A stretch of 64,000 nucleotides of DNA, from assembly GCF_009914755.1 (NCBI RefSeq), contig NC_060928.1. One strand, given 5' to 3'. Numbering within the stretch: position 1 is the stretch's first letter; each line of letters starts with the position of its first letter. The position numbers were made by a program, and so were the translations under genes. Below, one piece after another: positions 14,248-26,059 of this stretch. Under the pieces are notes generated by a model. It did not search any database. It worked only from the letters and a program-made list of their open reading frames with translations, and was not told the DNA's origin. Origin of the DNA: the human T2T-CHM13v2.0 reference genome, Homo sapiens.

Positions 14248-15703
14248 GTTTTAAATTTAAATAGAAAAAATACATTAGAGGGATATAATGTTTTATATTT
14301 TAATAATTCCAGAGTTTAGCTCCAACACATTTATCTTAAAATATAAGTATCTGTGATTAAATTTTATAGAAATTTAAATCCTTACTATTTTAAAGACTCA
14401 TTTTCCAGTGAGAAATTGAGACCTGAATAATTCTACAATGCTATGCTCTAGTATAAACTTTGTTTTAAGAAGCAAAGTAACTCTATTACCATAAGTAATA
14501 AGTTGAGCTTTGAAAAGCAAGGGACATTTACTTAAAGGGACAGTGTTTAAAAAATCATTTCCTGATGAATTACTTTAAAATAGTAAACCAATATTTGATA
14601 ATGCTCCTTTTTTTCAAAATAAATTTGCAAAAACAAAATAATAATGACTATGTGCTCCTCACTATAATATACCATGATAATATTCCTACATTGAATAAAA
14701 TTGCCAATTTCAGGGAGTCAAATGTGATTACTAAAACCTCAAGAAATGTGTTCTTGAGGAAGTAATTTTCCCATAAAATCAAAACACCTCTATCTCCTAT
14801 CAAACCTTGAACTGTTATAAATATCACACTTTATATTTACTATTCTAATTGAGCAAGAATATTGAAGCTCAGATGATAACAAATTTAGTTTTTATGATAT
14901 GAGGAAATATGCATTATTGTTTTTTTACTTCTATAATAAGGAATATTTTCAATTGTACAACTAAACAAACAATTTTAAAATTATTCAAGAGAAGAAAGAA
15001 GGGAATGGACTTCATATTCCTCAGTTTGTACAACACTTCAGCTGAGAAATCAAAGAAAAGCTTTATTTCTTCTGGAGTTTTCAACATTTTCAGAATCAAA
15101 GTAATTATCAGGGGATTTCCTTCATTAAGGATAAGCCAGTGGAAAAAATTAACCTTCTATTTCAAACTACAGACATTCAAAGTATTATCGCATAGATACA
15201 CCTTTGCATGAAAACCGGATTCTCATTCAATTTACAATGAAGCTCCCTCAAAATCATATAACCTTACCTTATCAACCAACAATTATTTTTCTGCCCCTTG
15301 AAAAATGAAAGCTCTGATTTACTGTATACTTGAACTAGGAGACAATATACATAATCAGTAAAATGACAAGCCAACATGCTGCACTGTGTTAGCAACATCT
15401 GTAAAGACAAAATGTAGACTATAATTCACAAGTATAAAAGACTGAGAAAAAAATATGTCAATCAAACTTTAACTGAAATGCTATACATTGTCTGTTATCA
15501 GAGCTTCTTTTACTTCCCTCTAAGGAAGCTGTTTTCTATGGACTTCAAGTAATAATTTGTATAGATACCCATGGAAATCTATAGTTTGCATATTAATTTG
15601 CCTTTGGAAATAATATTATGCAATTGGTAATATCTTATATTGCCAACAACATAACTTTGTTCAGGTATTTGCCAGTCTCCTTTAATGGATACTATAGTAA
15701 TAA

Positions 15704-15788
15704 TAAAAATGAGACACATATGAGAAAATATAAAATATGAGACATATGAGAAAATATGAAATATGAGACATGAGAAATATAAAACGAG
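15704..15788. repeat. Short degenerate minisatellite (~23-28 bp unit, ~3 copies)
   Basis: Unit approximately aaatatgagacatatgagaaaatat, repeated with small deletions. Confidence 0.8.
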
Positions 15789-17019
15789 TTCAGCAAAATA
15801 TTTTATTAAAGAGATGATGTATATGTATTAATATATGAAAAAATCCTAATTGCACTTCACATGATGATATTCATATATGATCTGCAAAATTCAAGGGAGA
15901 ATTTTTATCAAATTGTGTAAATCCACATTATCTCCATATTTTACATTCTATTTTGCTGACACCATTTGTTTATCCTCTCTGATCACACACACTCACACCA
16001 AAATTCCAATGTATTACAGGGAGGTATTTCCAAATTAGGTTATATCTTATAGCAACTAGATTTGCATGGGATAAGTAAAAGTAATGAAAAGTTTGTTTTA
16101 CTGAAAACTAGATGAAATGTATACAGTAGAAAAATTAAAGAAGACTATAATTAGTTTTAAATCTTAGTGTTAATATAGAATATATTTAATTTATCCTTTA
16201 CTACTTGTGTAACATAATCAACTCTGTCATAGCTTGAGGTATCTGATGACATTTCAAATACATTTGTGTAATTCTTTTTTGCAGGTTAGTATTTTCAATT
16301 AAATTAATCGGTTCAGTGATAATATCATACTCTTGAATATCGTAAATTTCCTTTGCATAGTTCCATTTTTCCATTTTGAAGTGGAGATGTTTGTCTCTAG
16401 TAAAAGGAAAGGATAACATTTTATTCAAAATTTCTTTTATATTACGCATGGGTATTTCTTTTTTTTTTTAACGGAAGTAATTAGTGGTAGAGAAAAGCTA
16501 TTAAGAAACCATAGCATTTAAAAATTTTCCATTAAATGTATCGTTATCCAAAAAGAAATTAAAAACGTTTATACTTATAATTAAAGGAATAAGTACTTCA
16601 CTAATCTACTGATGAATTGAAGGACAGGAAAATATAAACAGTGTAATAAATTAACATTGGGATAGAAATACACGACTGAAAAGTAAAGCCCAAGAGGGAA
16701 AAATGAAAATACAAAGGAAAGGGAAGCAATCTCAGAGGAAAACTCTGGGATTCCCCTATAGAAACTAAAGAAGCTTGCAGAAATACTACCAAGGAAAATG
16801 TAAAAAGAATTTATTTTTTATACAGGAGTTCTTTCTATCAGCTTCCTAGTCCTTCTCAATTTTCTAAGGTGCCATACAGCTGGTTTAATCCAGATTTAAT
16901 CTAGGTTTAATGCTTGATTCCAGTGACATCTGATATACAGAAGGTAAAAGCCATGTAGCTCTGGTGGTCATATCAGTAAAAGATACTCTGGTCAATCCCT
17001 GGTCTATTGGAAGTGCAAA

Positions 17020-18560
17020 TAACATATGGTGACTCAGTTAAAGGTGGTGAAATAAAAATATTTATAATTCACTCCCCACCTAAGACAGTCTCCAAAAATA
17101 ACATAATGAAAAATTGAGAAAAAAAAATGAAAACCATATCTGTAATTAACAAGTAATTGATGACAAACTATAGTCAGCAGCTTTTAAGTAGGTAGCCATT
17201 TGCACTAATAGGAGAAAGGAAATTGACTGGCATATATCTTGGGCAGGATGTAGATTTCAATAAGTATCATTATCCTGCGATGTTTCAAACAAAGATGGTT
17301 TGTTTGAAACCTCTGTAAGATAGAGTGTAAACAGGCAAGAAAAAGACAAAATCTGTCTTCATACGATTTTACTATATACTTCCGAATAGTGGAATGTAGA
17401 GGTAAAGATAAAAATTCTGATAGACTATATTTGAGAGTTGTGAACAAGCTTGCTGAATAATATAGAATACTAAGGCTAATGTGGGGAAGGGGGTGGGACT
17501 ACAAGCAATAATCACTAGCAATAACATAAAGAAAGTAAAACAGAGAGTTTTACACTGTGAACTACATAGGCCGCCCAAATGTCAAAAATAGATATAAAAA
17601 TATGGTGCCTGGGCAGAAGAAAAAACACATAAAACGGTTTTGGGGAGGTGGGCTTGAAACCTGAAATTTAAATAGCTTCTGTGGGCTGATCTGACTCACC
17701 CTCCCACCACTTCCCACACTGTAGTTCAGTAAATAGCTGGCTCTGCTCAGTGATTAATAGAAAGAAACCAGCCCCAAAAATAGGCAAGGGAGATAAAACC
17801 TCAATGAAAAAGCAGATGAAGCTCACGCCAGATAAAAACTTTTTCAAGAAATAGAGGAAGAGTTTATATAAATAGGTCTCTGTAGTCTCAAAAAATATTA
17901 TAGACATGATCTCATTAATAGAGAAACATGAGAAGCTCAAAGAAGATATTTCAATAAAGCAATGGTAAAAATAGAGAAAGAGAAGAAAAATGAAATGACA
18001 GTGACCAAGAAAGCAATGGAAAACAAAATTAACCATTATGAAGTTGAAAAGTACATTGGAAGTTACAAAATAGAATAATCACAACTGAAAACTCACTAGG
18101 GTTATGGTTGACAAAAGTTAAAGAAAATTTTAAAGATACCAAAGTAGTTACAAAGAATACTGTAAATAGTTACAGAGCAGTGGTCCCCAACCCCTGGGCC
18201 ACTGACCAGTACTTATCCATGACCTGTTAGGAATTGGGCAGCACAACAGGAGGTGAGTGGCACCCATTGAGCATTATCGCCTGAGCTCTGCCTCCTGTCA
18301 GATTAGCGGCGGCATTAGATTCTCATAGGAGGGCATGCAAGGTTGTCCGCTCCTTATGAGAATCGACTAATGCCTGATGATCTGAGATGGAACAATTTCA
18401 TCTGAAAACCATTCCCCCACCCTCACCCGTGCCTGTTGCCAAAACAGTTGGGGACTATTGTATAGAGACAAAAGGGATTTGACATAATTGGCATTTCTTA
18501 AAAAAAAAAAATTAACTTAGACAAAATTGCAGAAAATTTTCCTGAAATAAAGATTGAAAC
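17020..18560 (+). mobile_element. Ancient L1M/HAL1-like 5'/ORF1 remnant, interrupted by MER1B
   Basis: A-rich plus strand with ORF1-like phrases (aaaatagaataatcacaactgaaaac..., gacataattggcattt..., agaaaattttcctgaaataaa); highly decayed. Confidence 0.45.
18178..18460 (+). mobile_element. MER1B-like hAT-Charlie MITE
   Basis: TIRs CAGTGGTCCCCAAC ... GTTGGGGACTATTG, MER1B internal sequence (ggcattagattctcatagga), flanks tacagag / tatagag. Confidence 0.88.
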
Positions 18561-20129
18561 CTGGGATAAAAAGCTCTGACTCTCTAAATCTCTTGCTTTA
18601 AAGAAGCACCATCCAAATTTCAACAATTTCTTCAGTTTTACCCTCCAATTTTAATCTTATCTTGAGATAAAAGTCAATTTAATTTTTTATTATTTAATGG
18701 CAGCATGTATGTCATATTGGCTTCTACATTTATAAAACTCTGTCTTTTAATCAAGCAATCTACTCTTCTAGACAAACATATCCAAATACAAAATATTTCT
18801 GATTTCTGGGTGGTAGAATTTTGAGATTGTTTTTAAGTTTCTACAATGTCTATCTTTAACAGTCATGTATCACTTTTACAAATGACAATGAAGTCATTGC
18901 GGTCAAAAAAAGAAAAAAGGAATAGAAGGCAAAGTTTAAGACAGGAAAGAAAAAATAAGAGATCTCAACTGTTCCACTACCTCTAGATTTGTGGCCCTCC
19001 AAACCATAGTTCACACAATAATCAGGTGCTTTCTCTAAAACAGAAAAATAAGGTTGTTAGTTTTCATCGTATTATTCTTCAAGATTTTTAATAAATTGCC
19101 ACTAATCCTGATCAAATTCCATTCCTTCAGTAATTTACACAAAACTCTTCCTAATCCAGGCTCTTTAGGTCTTTCCAACATCAACAACTCTCACTTCCCT
19201 GCATTCACCCTTACCTCCAAACACAGAACTAAGAATTTGTAGTAAGAGTTCCCCTTGACTTTCCACATCCTCATCTCTTCTCCTGCCTCAGGTGCTGATA
19301 AAATTGCGCTTTCATTTTTTTGTTTGTTTGTGGAAGTGGGAATGGAGGCTATAAGAACTCCAAATCATTCTATAAAATTTAGCTTAAGATTATATCTGTG
19401 AAACCTTCTCTGCTATCACTCTTGTTCCTCTCCTTCAACAATGTAATTAAGTTATGTGGATCTTTTATCCACCTCTATCTAGATCAGTGCTATGCTGAGC
19501 AATTTTGGAGCCTGAGGCAGAAGAAAATATTATTACTACTGATTCTATTAATTTATTTAAAATTTGTATATTCTGTTCATCATAAATCTTTTGCATTAAT
19601 TTTGAGTTTTAAAAATATTCACTTAAATATTAGGTATCTTGATTATTGAAGTTTTGATGTCCCCATATATATTTGTGCCTGAGATGAGTATCACTCTAGT
19701 TTTGGCCCTGCTGTATTCTACTGAAGCATTAGTTACATCCCATAATTTTTTGTCTATGCATCTATCATCTCTTCCGGACTGTGACTACCTGCAAGGAAAG
19801 GGGCTATTTTTATCTCTGTATATCTAAAAATCAGCACAGTACCCAAACTGGGCAGGAGCCCATTTAGTGAATAAAAGCCCAGGAAATCCCAGAAAAGAGA
19901 AATAGCCAATATCCTACTGTCTTTAAAGAATACAGTCTTCCCTGGGGAAGAATATACTTTATCTAAATGGAGAGATGTTATATATATTTTTGAAGGTAGG
20001 GAAACCTTAGTTTGAAGCAAGCAATGAACTTAAAGTAATCAAGCAGTAGAACTAAATTTTTGTCCATAAACACTTATTTGTGGTGCAAAGTATTCAGTGT
20101 TTTTCTTACAAGAGTATGCTTGTATTTAC

Positions 20130-20300
20130 TATGAGAATCAGAGAATATTAAAACTGAAAAGCTCTTAGATATTACATAATCCACCTCCTCCCTGTTATAA
20201 ATGAGGAATCTGTCTTAGAGAGGTTAAGAGACTTGTTTAAAACCACAAGACACTCAGAACTTGAAATTAAGTGACCCATCTCCACACCTGGTGTCTTTTA
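20130..20300 (-). mobile_element. MIR fragment
   Basis: ataaatgaggaatctgtcttagagaggttaagagacttgttt, MIR core in reverse orientation. Confidence 0.6.
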
Positions 20301-21038
20301 CTGGAGAATATTTACAAATTGAGAAGAGAAGACCATTAAGAACAGGAATGGGGAGAGCGGAGATATTTTTCTAGGCCAGGAAGTATTGGCCAGCTCATGG
20401 GTAAAATAAGCCACAAATAAATTGTTTATGCTTTGTTTGAAAAGGGGTCACTGTTAAGGTGAGATTATTGAAAAATGACCTTTCAAAGTTCTTTCCAACC
20501 CTGTGATTTTATCTTTGTCATGTAACTTCTCTGTGACTCATTTCATCAAAAAAAGTGTGACTCTACTCTCTACCTACTTTAATACAAGATTTGTGAGGTC
20601 CAATTTAAAATATACATTATTCAAAGTACTATGTATATGCACAAGTGCAAGTCATTTTAAAATGTGGATTAATCATGTAAATATATGTTTATACCTAGTC
20701 ATGCCTGGAGGAAATTGAAAGTAATTATGTAGCAGTTAGTGGCCAACATGGACTGCAGATACTAGGTCCTGAATAAAATTATTCTGAATTTCATCTTTAA
20801 AAGAGTTATATAAAGGTACCATTCTCAGCCAAAATTATTCATTATTATTCATAGATAACCAGAACTTTGGGTGCCCCTAATCATTCTTCTGAGATTTTCT
20901 AAGAGGGAAAAGTGACTGGCTCTTTGCAAAAGTGTTTTTACTTGATGTACCTCTGGGTTATTGGGAAGATAGAAATAATGACCAAAATAAAAATCACTGA
21001 ATGAATTTGATGAAATTCAGTTAAGGAAAGCAAACAAC

Positions 21039-21039
21039 A

Positions 21040-21078
<39 letters not shown>

Positions 21079-21091
21079 CATTATTATCATT
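21039..21091. repeat. (ATT)n microsatellite in the GABRA4 3' UTR
   Basis: About 12 perfect ATT units followed by ATC-interrupted units. Confidence 0.95.
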
Positions 21092-21387
21092 GTGTGCAAA
21101 TGAAATAATTTATTTTAATAATAATGTTTAAGCTTTCTGGTTAATGTGTTCTTCAAATTAACAATTAAGAATCCTTGGTTAATTTTGTCCTTTCTCATTC
21201 TTTGGCCACATGATGTATTTTTAAACCTTCATATATAAAGGTAAGAAAAAAAATCATTTCTTTTTATCTCTTTACACTCTGTAAGATTTGTAGAAGAACA
21301 CTTTTTTTTAAAGGAAGCCAATGAATAGCCAAATAATTATTTCTTAAGATAGGCCAATAGATTAGCAAAGAGTAAGAGTTCCTCACC

Positions 21388-21421
21388 AAAAACAACAACA
21401 ACAACAACAACAACAACAAAA
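21388..21421. repeat. (AAC)n microsatellite
   Basis: aacaacaacaacaacaacaacaacaac, ~9 units. Confidence 0.95.
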
Positions 21422-21589
21422 CCAGCCTTTTCATCAGAATAGTGAACTATCAGTTTCCAGCATAGTTCCTGGAACAAAGTACGCTCTGAATAACTAGTAG
21501 CGAATGAATTGTGCTTCCAACCATATTTCCAAACATCGTCCTCAAGGCCAGAAATCTATTCACATTCATGAAATAATTTATGATAAGCT

Positions 21590-21631
21590 TTTTTGTACAA
21601 GTACTCTTTATTAAATATATACATATATACA
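21590..21631 (-). terminator. Candidate proximal polyadenylation signal in the GABRA4 3' UTR (~1.9 kb after the stop)
   Basis: Minus strand TGTATATA TGTATATA TTT AATAAA GAGTACTTGTACA; AATAAA at 21612-21607 with two UGUA elements upstream. Confidence 0.5.
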
Positions 21632-23537
21632 GGTGTTACTGGACCTAATTTTACTAGAATCAATTTTAAATTGGGGGGTTGGGACTGGGTGATTTCGACA
21701 GTATCTTTCAGCCTTAAAATGTGTTGATTCTATGGAATACCTAGAAAGACAGCCAAGAATGATTTCTCAGATATGACTTACAATTAATATTTGGCATTTG
21801 CACAATTTTCAGGTATCAAAAACAACCATTATAAGGTAGTGCAATATCTGAAAAATCGATGCCAATTAACTACTATCACTTCTTTTCTATAAAAACAAAA
21901 AGAGAGAGAGAGATTTTGTCTGCAAGGTGGTCATTTCTATCAATATGTTCCCTAAAACACCCAGAACACATTCACTCATCCATTCCAGAGCAGATAGAGA
22001 GAAGCACAGAAGAAAATCTAGAGGCAATATGACAAAAAACCATACTTAGATTCAGCTGCATAGACAGTTGCAAAATTCTCAAGTAAGTTGTTAAGCCTAC
22101 CTAATGAGAAAGAAGTCAGTAGATGAAAACCCTGATAAATCACATAGCAGAGTCAGTGGCATCCTACCCGACAGCTATTTTTTTCTTTACTCCTTTCATT
22201 TGCTGCTCTCTTAATTTTAAAATATTCCCCTTAGTTATTAAACCTTAAAAAAACTCCCAAAAAAACCAACATGATGACTGCCCAGAATTACAGAACTACG
22301 GACACAAAACTCTTCAAAATTTAGCATTTCACTAGCTAATATCTAGATCTATCTTGGGGAAAGCACCTGAAAAAGCCTGTGCTCAGTTCCTATGTCTGAT
22401 GATTCTGTGATTCTGATCAAATTCTACTCTGTGACTCTGATCAAATTTGCGACAGTTAATCTATTAAGTCTTATATTGCCCTGATTTTTACTTTCAAGTA
22501 CATAATGCTTTTCACTTATAGAACAATCTGTACCATATTCTCATCTATTTTGAAAACCAATTGCTGAAGTTGTACTGACATCAAAGTGGTTATGTGAACA
22601 AATATATTTGTTATCCACTATCAGTAGAGGCTGAAAAATATTTTGAATATGTTGTCAGACTCTAAATAAATGTCCTTCACTAAAGAATGCAATGTCCTCT
22701 GCTAGTTTATGGTTCTTTGGCATGCATTGACTGTTCTACTTTTTAAGTAATATTGTAGATAAAGGTGCAAGAGCTTTCCTAGAGAGACAGTTTCTAGCAT
22801 AGTTCCTGGAACACAGTAGGCTCTGAATAACTATGTAGTAAATAAACACATAACTGAATGAACTACCATGAAAAAGAATTCATACAATGAGTTAAACTTT
22901 GGCTCAGAGAACAAAATTTCAAGTCAACTGTTAAGTACTGTTTAGCCAACATAAGAAAGGGAACATATTTCCTCTGGTCTTTGTCTTAGTTTTTTATGCA
23001 GCAGATATTTTACTCTATTGATCAGTGTTTATACTATTCCATTTCCTTTTGCCAATGTTTAATTTAACAGGAAAATTCCTTTTCTTGAAGTTCCTAAGAA
23101 GATCACCAAAGGTCACTGCATATGACATCTAATAAACAATTCTGGTTAAGGGTAGTGCCACTGGGAAATTTAGGGTGGCAGGTTGATACTCATAGGGCAG
23201 ATTTTTAAAATGTCATAGTCTGTTTTCAAATATCAATGAAAAAATATGCGCCACTTGTCTCTAATAGCTCTATTTCTCTTATCCCAACTTTCCAGGATGG
23301 TGTGTATTCTATCTAACTGAATGCTGAGTTCTTTTAAAATAATTTTTCTGAAAAAAAACATAGTTCACTTTTTCACTCAGGAATTAATTAACTCTCCCAA
23401 TAACTGGCTTATATCTTTAAATGGAAAAATTACACAGAGTTTTTATTTTAGTAAAGAATATTTGTTTATATTTAAAAACATTTAAAAAGACATTCTGCAT
23501 TTTCATCATCTTTTAGCAAACTACTATAGCAACGAAA

Positions 23538-24065
23538 TTACATTAGACTTTCTGATTTCTCCATAGTGTCCTTAGATAAATAAACAACCCAATAAACCAT
23601 GTTAAATGCCCCAAATGTGACTGGAAAGAGAATACGGGCATATTTGTCTATTTTACTTGTGCCAGATCCAGAAGGTGGTGGAGCCGATGGAGGAGGAGTA
23701 GCTGACAACTTCCCAGTAGCCCCTATGGTATTAACTGTGGTCTTTATCCTCTGCAGTCTTGATCCAAACACGTGACGAGTAGAAGCAGATCCAACTGAAG
23801 CCTTTCGAGGCATATATCCAGTTCGGATAGAAGTAGAAGCAGATGGAAGTGCTCTTGCTGCAGATATGGTTTCAGCTGCATTTGCACGGCTGAATGGGTT
23901 TGGACTGGAAGCTAAGTAAGACCGAGGTGTGCCTTTAGAAGATTCTTGAACAACTGTGGAAGATTTGCTTGAATGGTTTCCCACCTCAGTTCTGTTGCCA
24001 ACATCAGATTCAGAGTGAACCAAAGCATTTGTTCTTTTTCTCATGTTCAAATTGGCATTTGTATT
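23538..24065 (-). CDS. GABRA4: GABA-A receptor alpha-4 subunit, coding part of last exon (exon 9): intracellular loop, TM4, C-terminus and TAA stop
   Basis: Minus-strand acceptor ...tttttcatataccttttcag|AAT ACA AAT (phase 0, matching the upstream donor). Encodes [13 protein letters not shown]...[39 protein letters not shown], the alpha-4 C-terminus; 175 aa plus stop. Confidence 0.98.
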   Translation of the reverse strand, partial: NTNANLNMRKRTNALVHSESDVGNRTEVGNHSSKSSTVVQESSKGTPRSYLASSPNPFSRANAAETISAARALPSASTSIRTGYMPRKASVGSASTRHVFGSRLQRIKTTVNTIGATGKLSATPPPSAPPPSGSGTSKIDKYARILFPVTFGAFNMVYWVVYLSKDTMEKSESLM

Positions 24066-26059
24066 CTGAAAAGGTATATGAAAAAATATATTGGTTATGT
24101 AACTTTATGCAGATTTGTACAAAATTTAAAGGGATCAAAATTCTTAAAATTAGTCATTTCCATAAAATAAAACTTTATTAATAAGCTGTAGTCATCTTGA
24201 TTTTAAAAACCTTTAAAATACATAACTAAAATATAATGTGCATACATTTGAAACTTTGAATCAAAAATCTTCTATTTCAAAATATGGTACATTCTTATAA
24301 ATAATTAAACCTTAAATCTATAGAAAAAAGATCAAGTTGTTAGAACTACAAGCTGAGGTCATGCTTAATTGCATTTTAAGAGTTAATGAATACTGCTGTA
24401 AAAGTTATTTGTTTAGCTTTATTGCAAATAATATTCTGTATATGTCATATACATTTCAAAGTTTTCTATGTGTTTGTTTTATAAACAGGGAGAACTATAC
24501 CTAGTCATGTACACAGAATATCAACAATAACAACTATCCATACGTACCTAACATTCCTTTATTTAAAAAAGTCCAAAAACTTTGATTTCTAAGTCCTTTC
24601 AATTTACTTTCATGAAAAGCATAGATAATAGTACACATTATTATAAAATCTAATAATACTGACATATTTTATTTTTCACTTCAATTAATGATGAAAATAC
24701 AAATAAAATTTAATTAGAAAAAGGTTGTATTAGACTTATAAACAGCATCAACCAACAGTTGCATAAATATCTGAATTCAAACCATTAACCAATAAAGAGT
24801 GATTAAATTGAAATATTTCACTGCTTTTCAGCAAATTATTTTGTTTGTAGAACAAGATTATATTTGAAGAAAGTTGTGCAGTAAACCACTAAAATTCTTA
24901 TAATATTGACAGCCACAATAAATAACTATATACATAATTAATTATAGATTCTCCATGCTAATGAAGGACAGTAATTTCTCAGATGTTCCCTGAAATACCC
25001 ACGTCTGAGTTTTTAGAATATACTATTATATTTTTGCAGGAATTTGTCCTCCCTAACTATGCTTATTCTTAGCTATAGTAATGTTAGATGATCATTACTT
25101 TCCATAACTTCTCCCCTTACCATTTCATGAAGTAGATGGTGAGTGAAAAAATGGAGAAATAGAGGAAAGAGAAAGAAGAGCAGCTAATAAAAGGGTGATT
25201 GGAAGAAGCCAGCCTCAAAGGGCAATTCACAGATACTAATAATATATGAAGTGGGTAGATTATATACAATTAATTGAAATCTCACTTTAGACATAAAGGT
25301 TTATTCTACAAATGTATTCTTTTTTAGTATACTCATCTAGCATGTTTAAAGTTCAATTCATATCTCATAAATCATGACTTCAAGGTCGCTGAGTAGAGAA
25401 GGAAAAACAGCCTCACAAAACAGAGCCAGTGTAGACTCTGACAGGTGTAGAAAGCATTCGTCATGTCAGCTTGTAGTATTCTTCTAAGCAGGGTGCAGTT
25501 GAACTAATGAGAAATTGTAGCCTAACATATGGCACTGAATTTGGGTGGAGAAAATTGAAATCAAAATTGACATCAACCTGAAAGCTGAAGAACCATTACT
25601 TATCCTGCAGTTTTCCTCTATACAGAACATTGTAAATGTCACCTAATTAATCCTCAGATTTTGAATCTCTTGTTACAGAAAAGGATAGTAATTAACTGAT
25701 TATCATTGATCCTAAAATATTATATACATGGTGAATAACATAAAAAAAGAACAAGGTATATCCTCAAAATTTAAAGAGCATATATAATCATTGGCAAGGA
25801 AACATACATACACACATGATACAATAAAAAATATAATGAAAGGTAAAATATATTCAAGAACCAAACTATGACCAAATGCTGAATATCCCAAGAAGAGAAG
25901 AAAAGAGAGTAAAATGATAAATTGGACAAACAGGAAAGAAATACATTTTTTTTTCAAATATAATATGATAGTTGCATACCATCTTCTTCTTTCAGTCAGT
26001 TAGGTTGTCCATGACCTTTAGAAATCTGTATGTTTCCTAATACCAAATTCTAAGGACTG

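Larger units (their letters stand above)
14215..23537 (-). other. GABRA4: GABRA4 long 3' UTR (~9.3 kb; distal end approximate)
   Basis: Follows the stop codon. End inferred from AATAAA at 14247-14242 with a GU/U-rich downstream element, and from recollection that the GABRA4 reference mRNA is about 12 kb. Confidence 0.7.

Noticed and set aside
14909-18036. Protein-looking ORFs in the 3' UTR (14914..15099, 16201..16449, 17668..18036)
   Set aside because: No recognisable domain; composition follows AT-rich or antisense-L1 bias. A BLASTX/Dfam search would be needed to revive them.
23969-24181. Plus-strand ORFs antisense to the GABRA4 last exon
   Set aside because: Short, no homology, no promoter or splice support.
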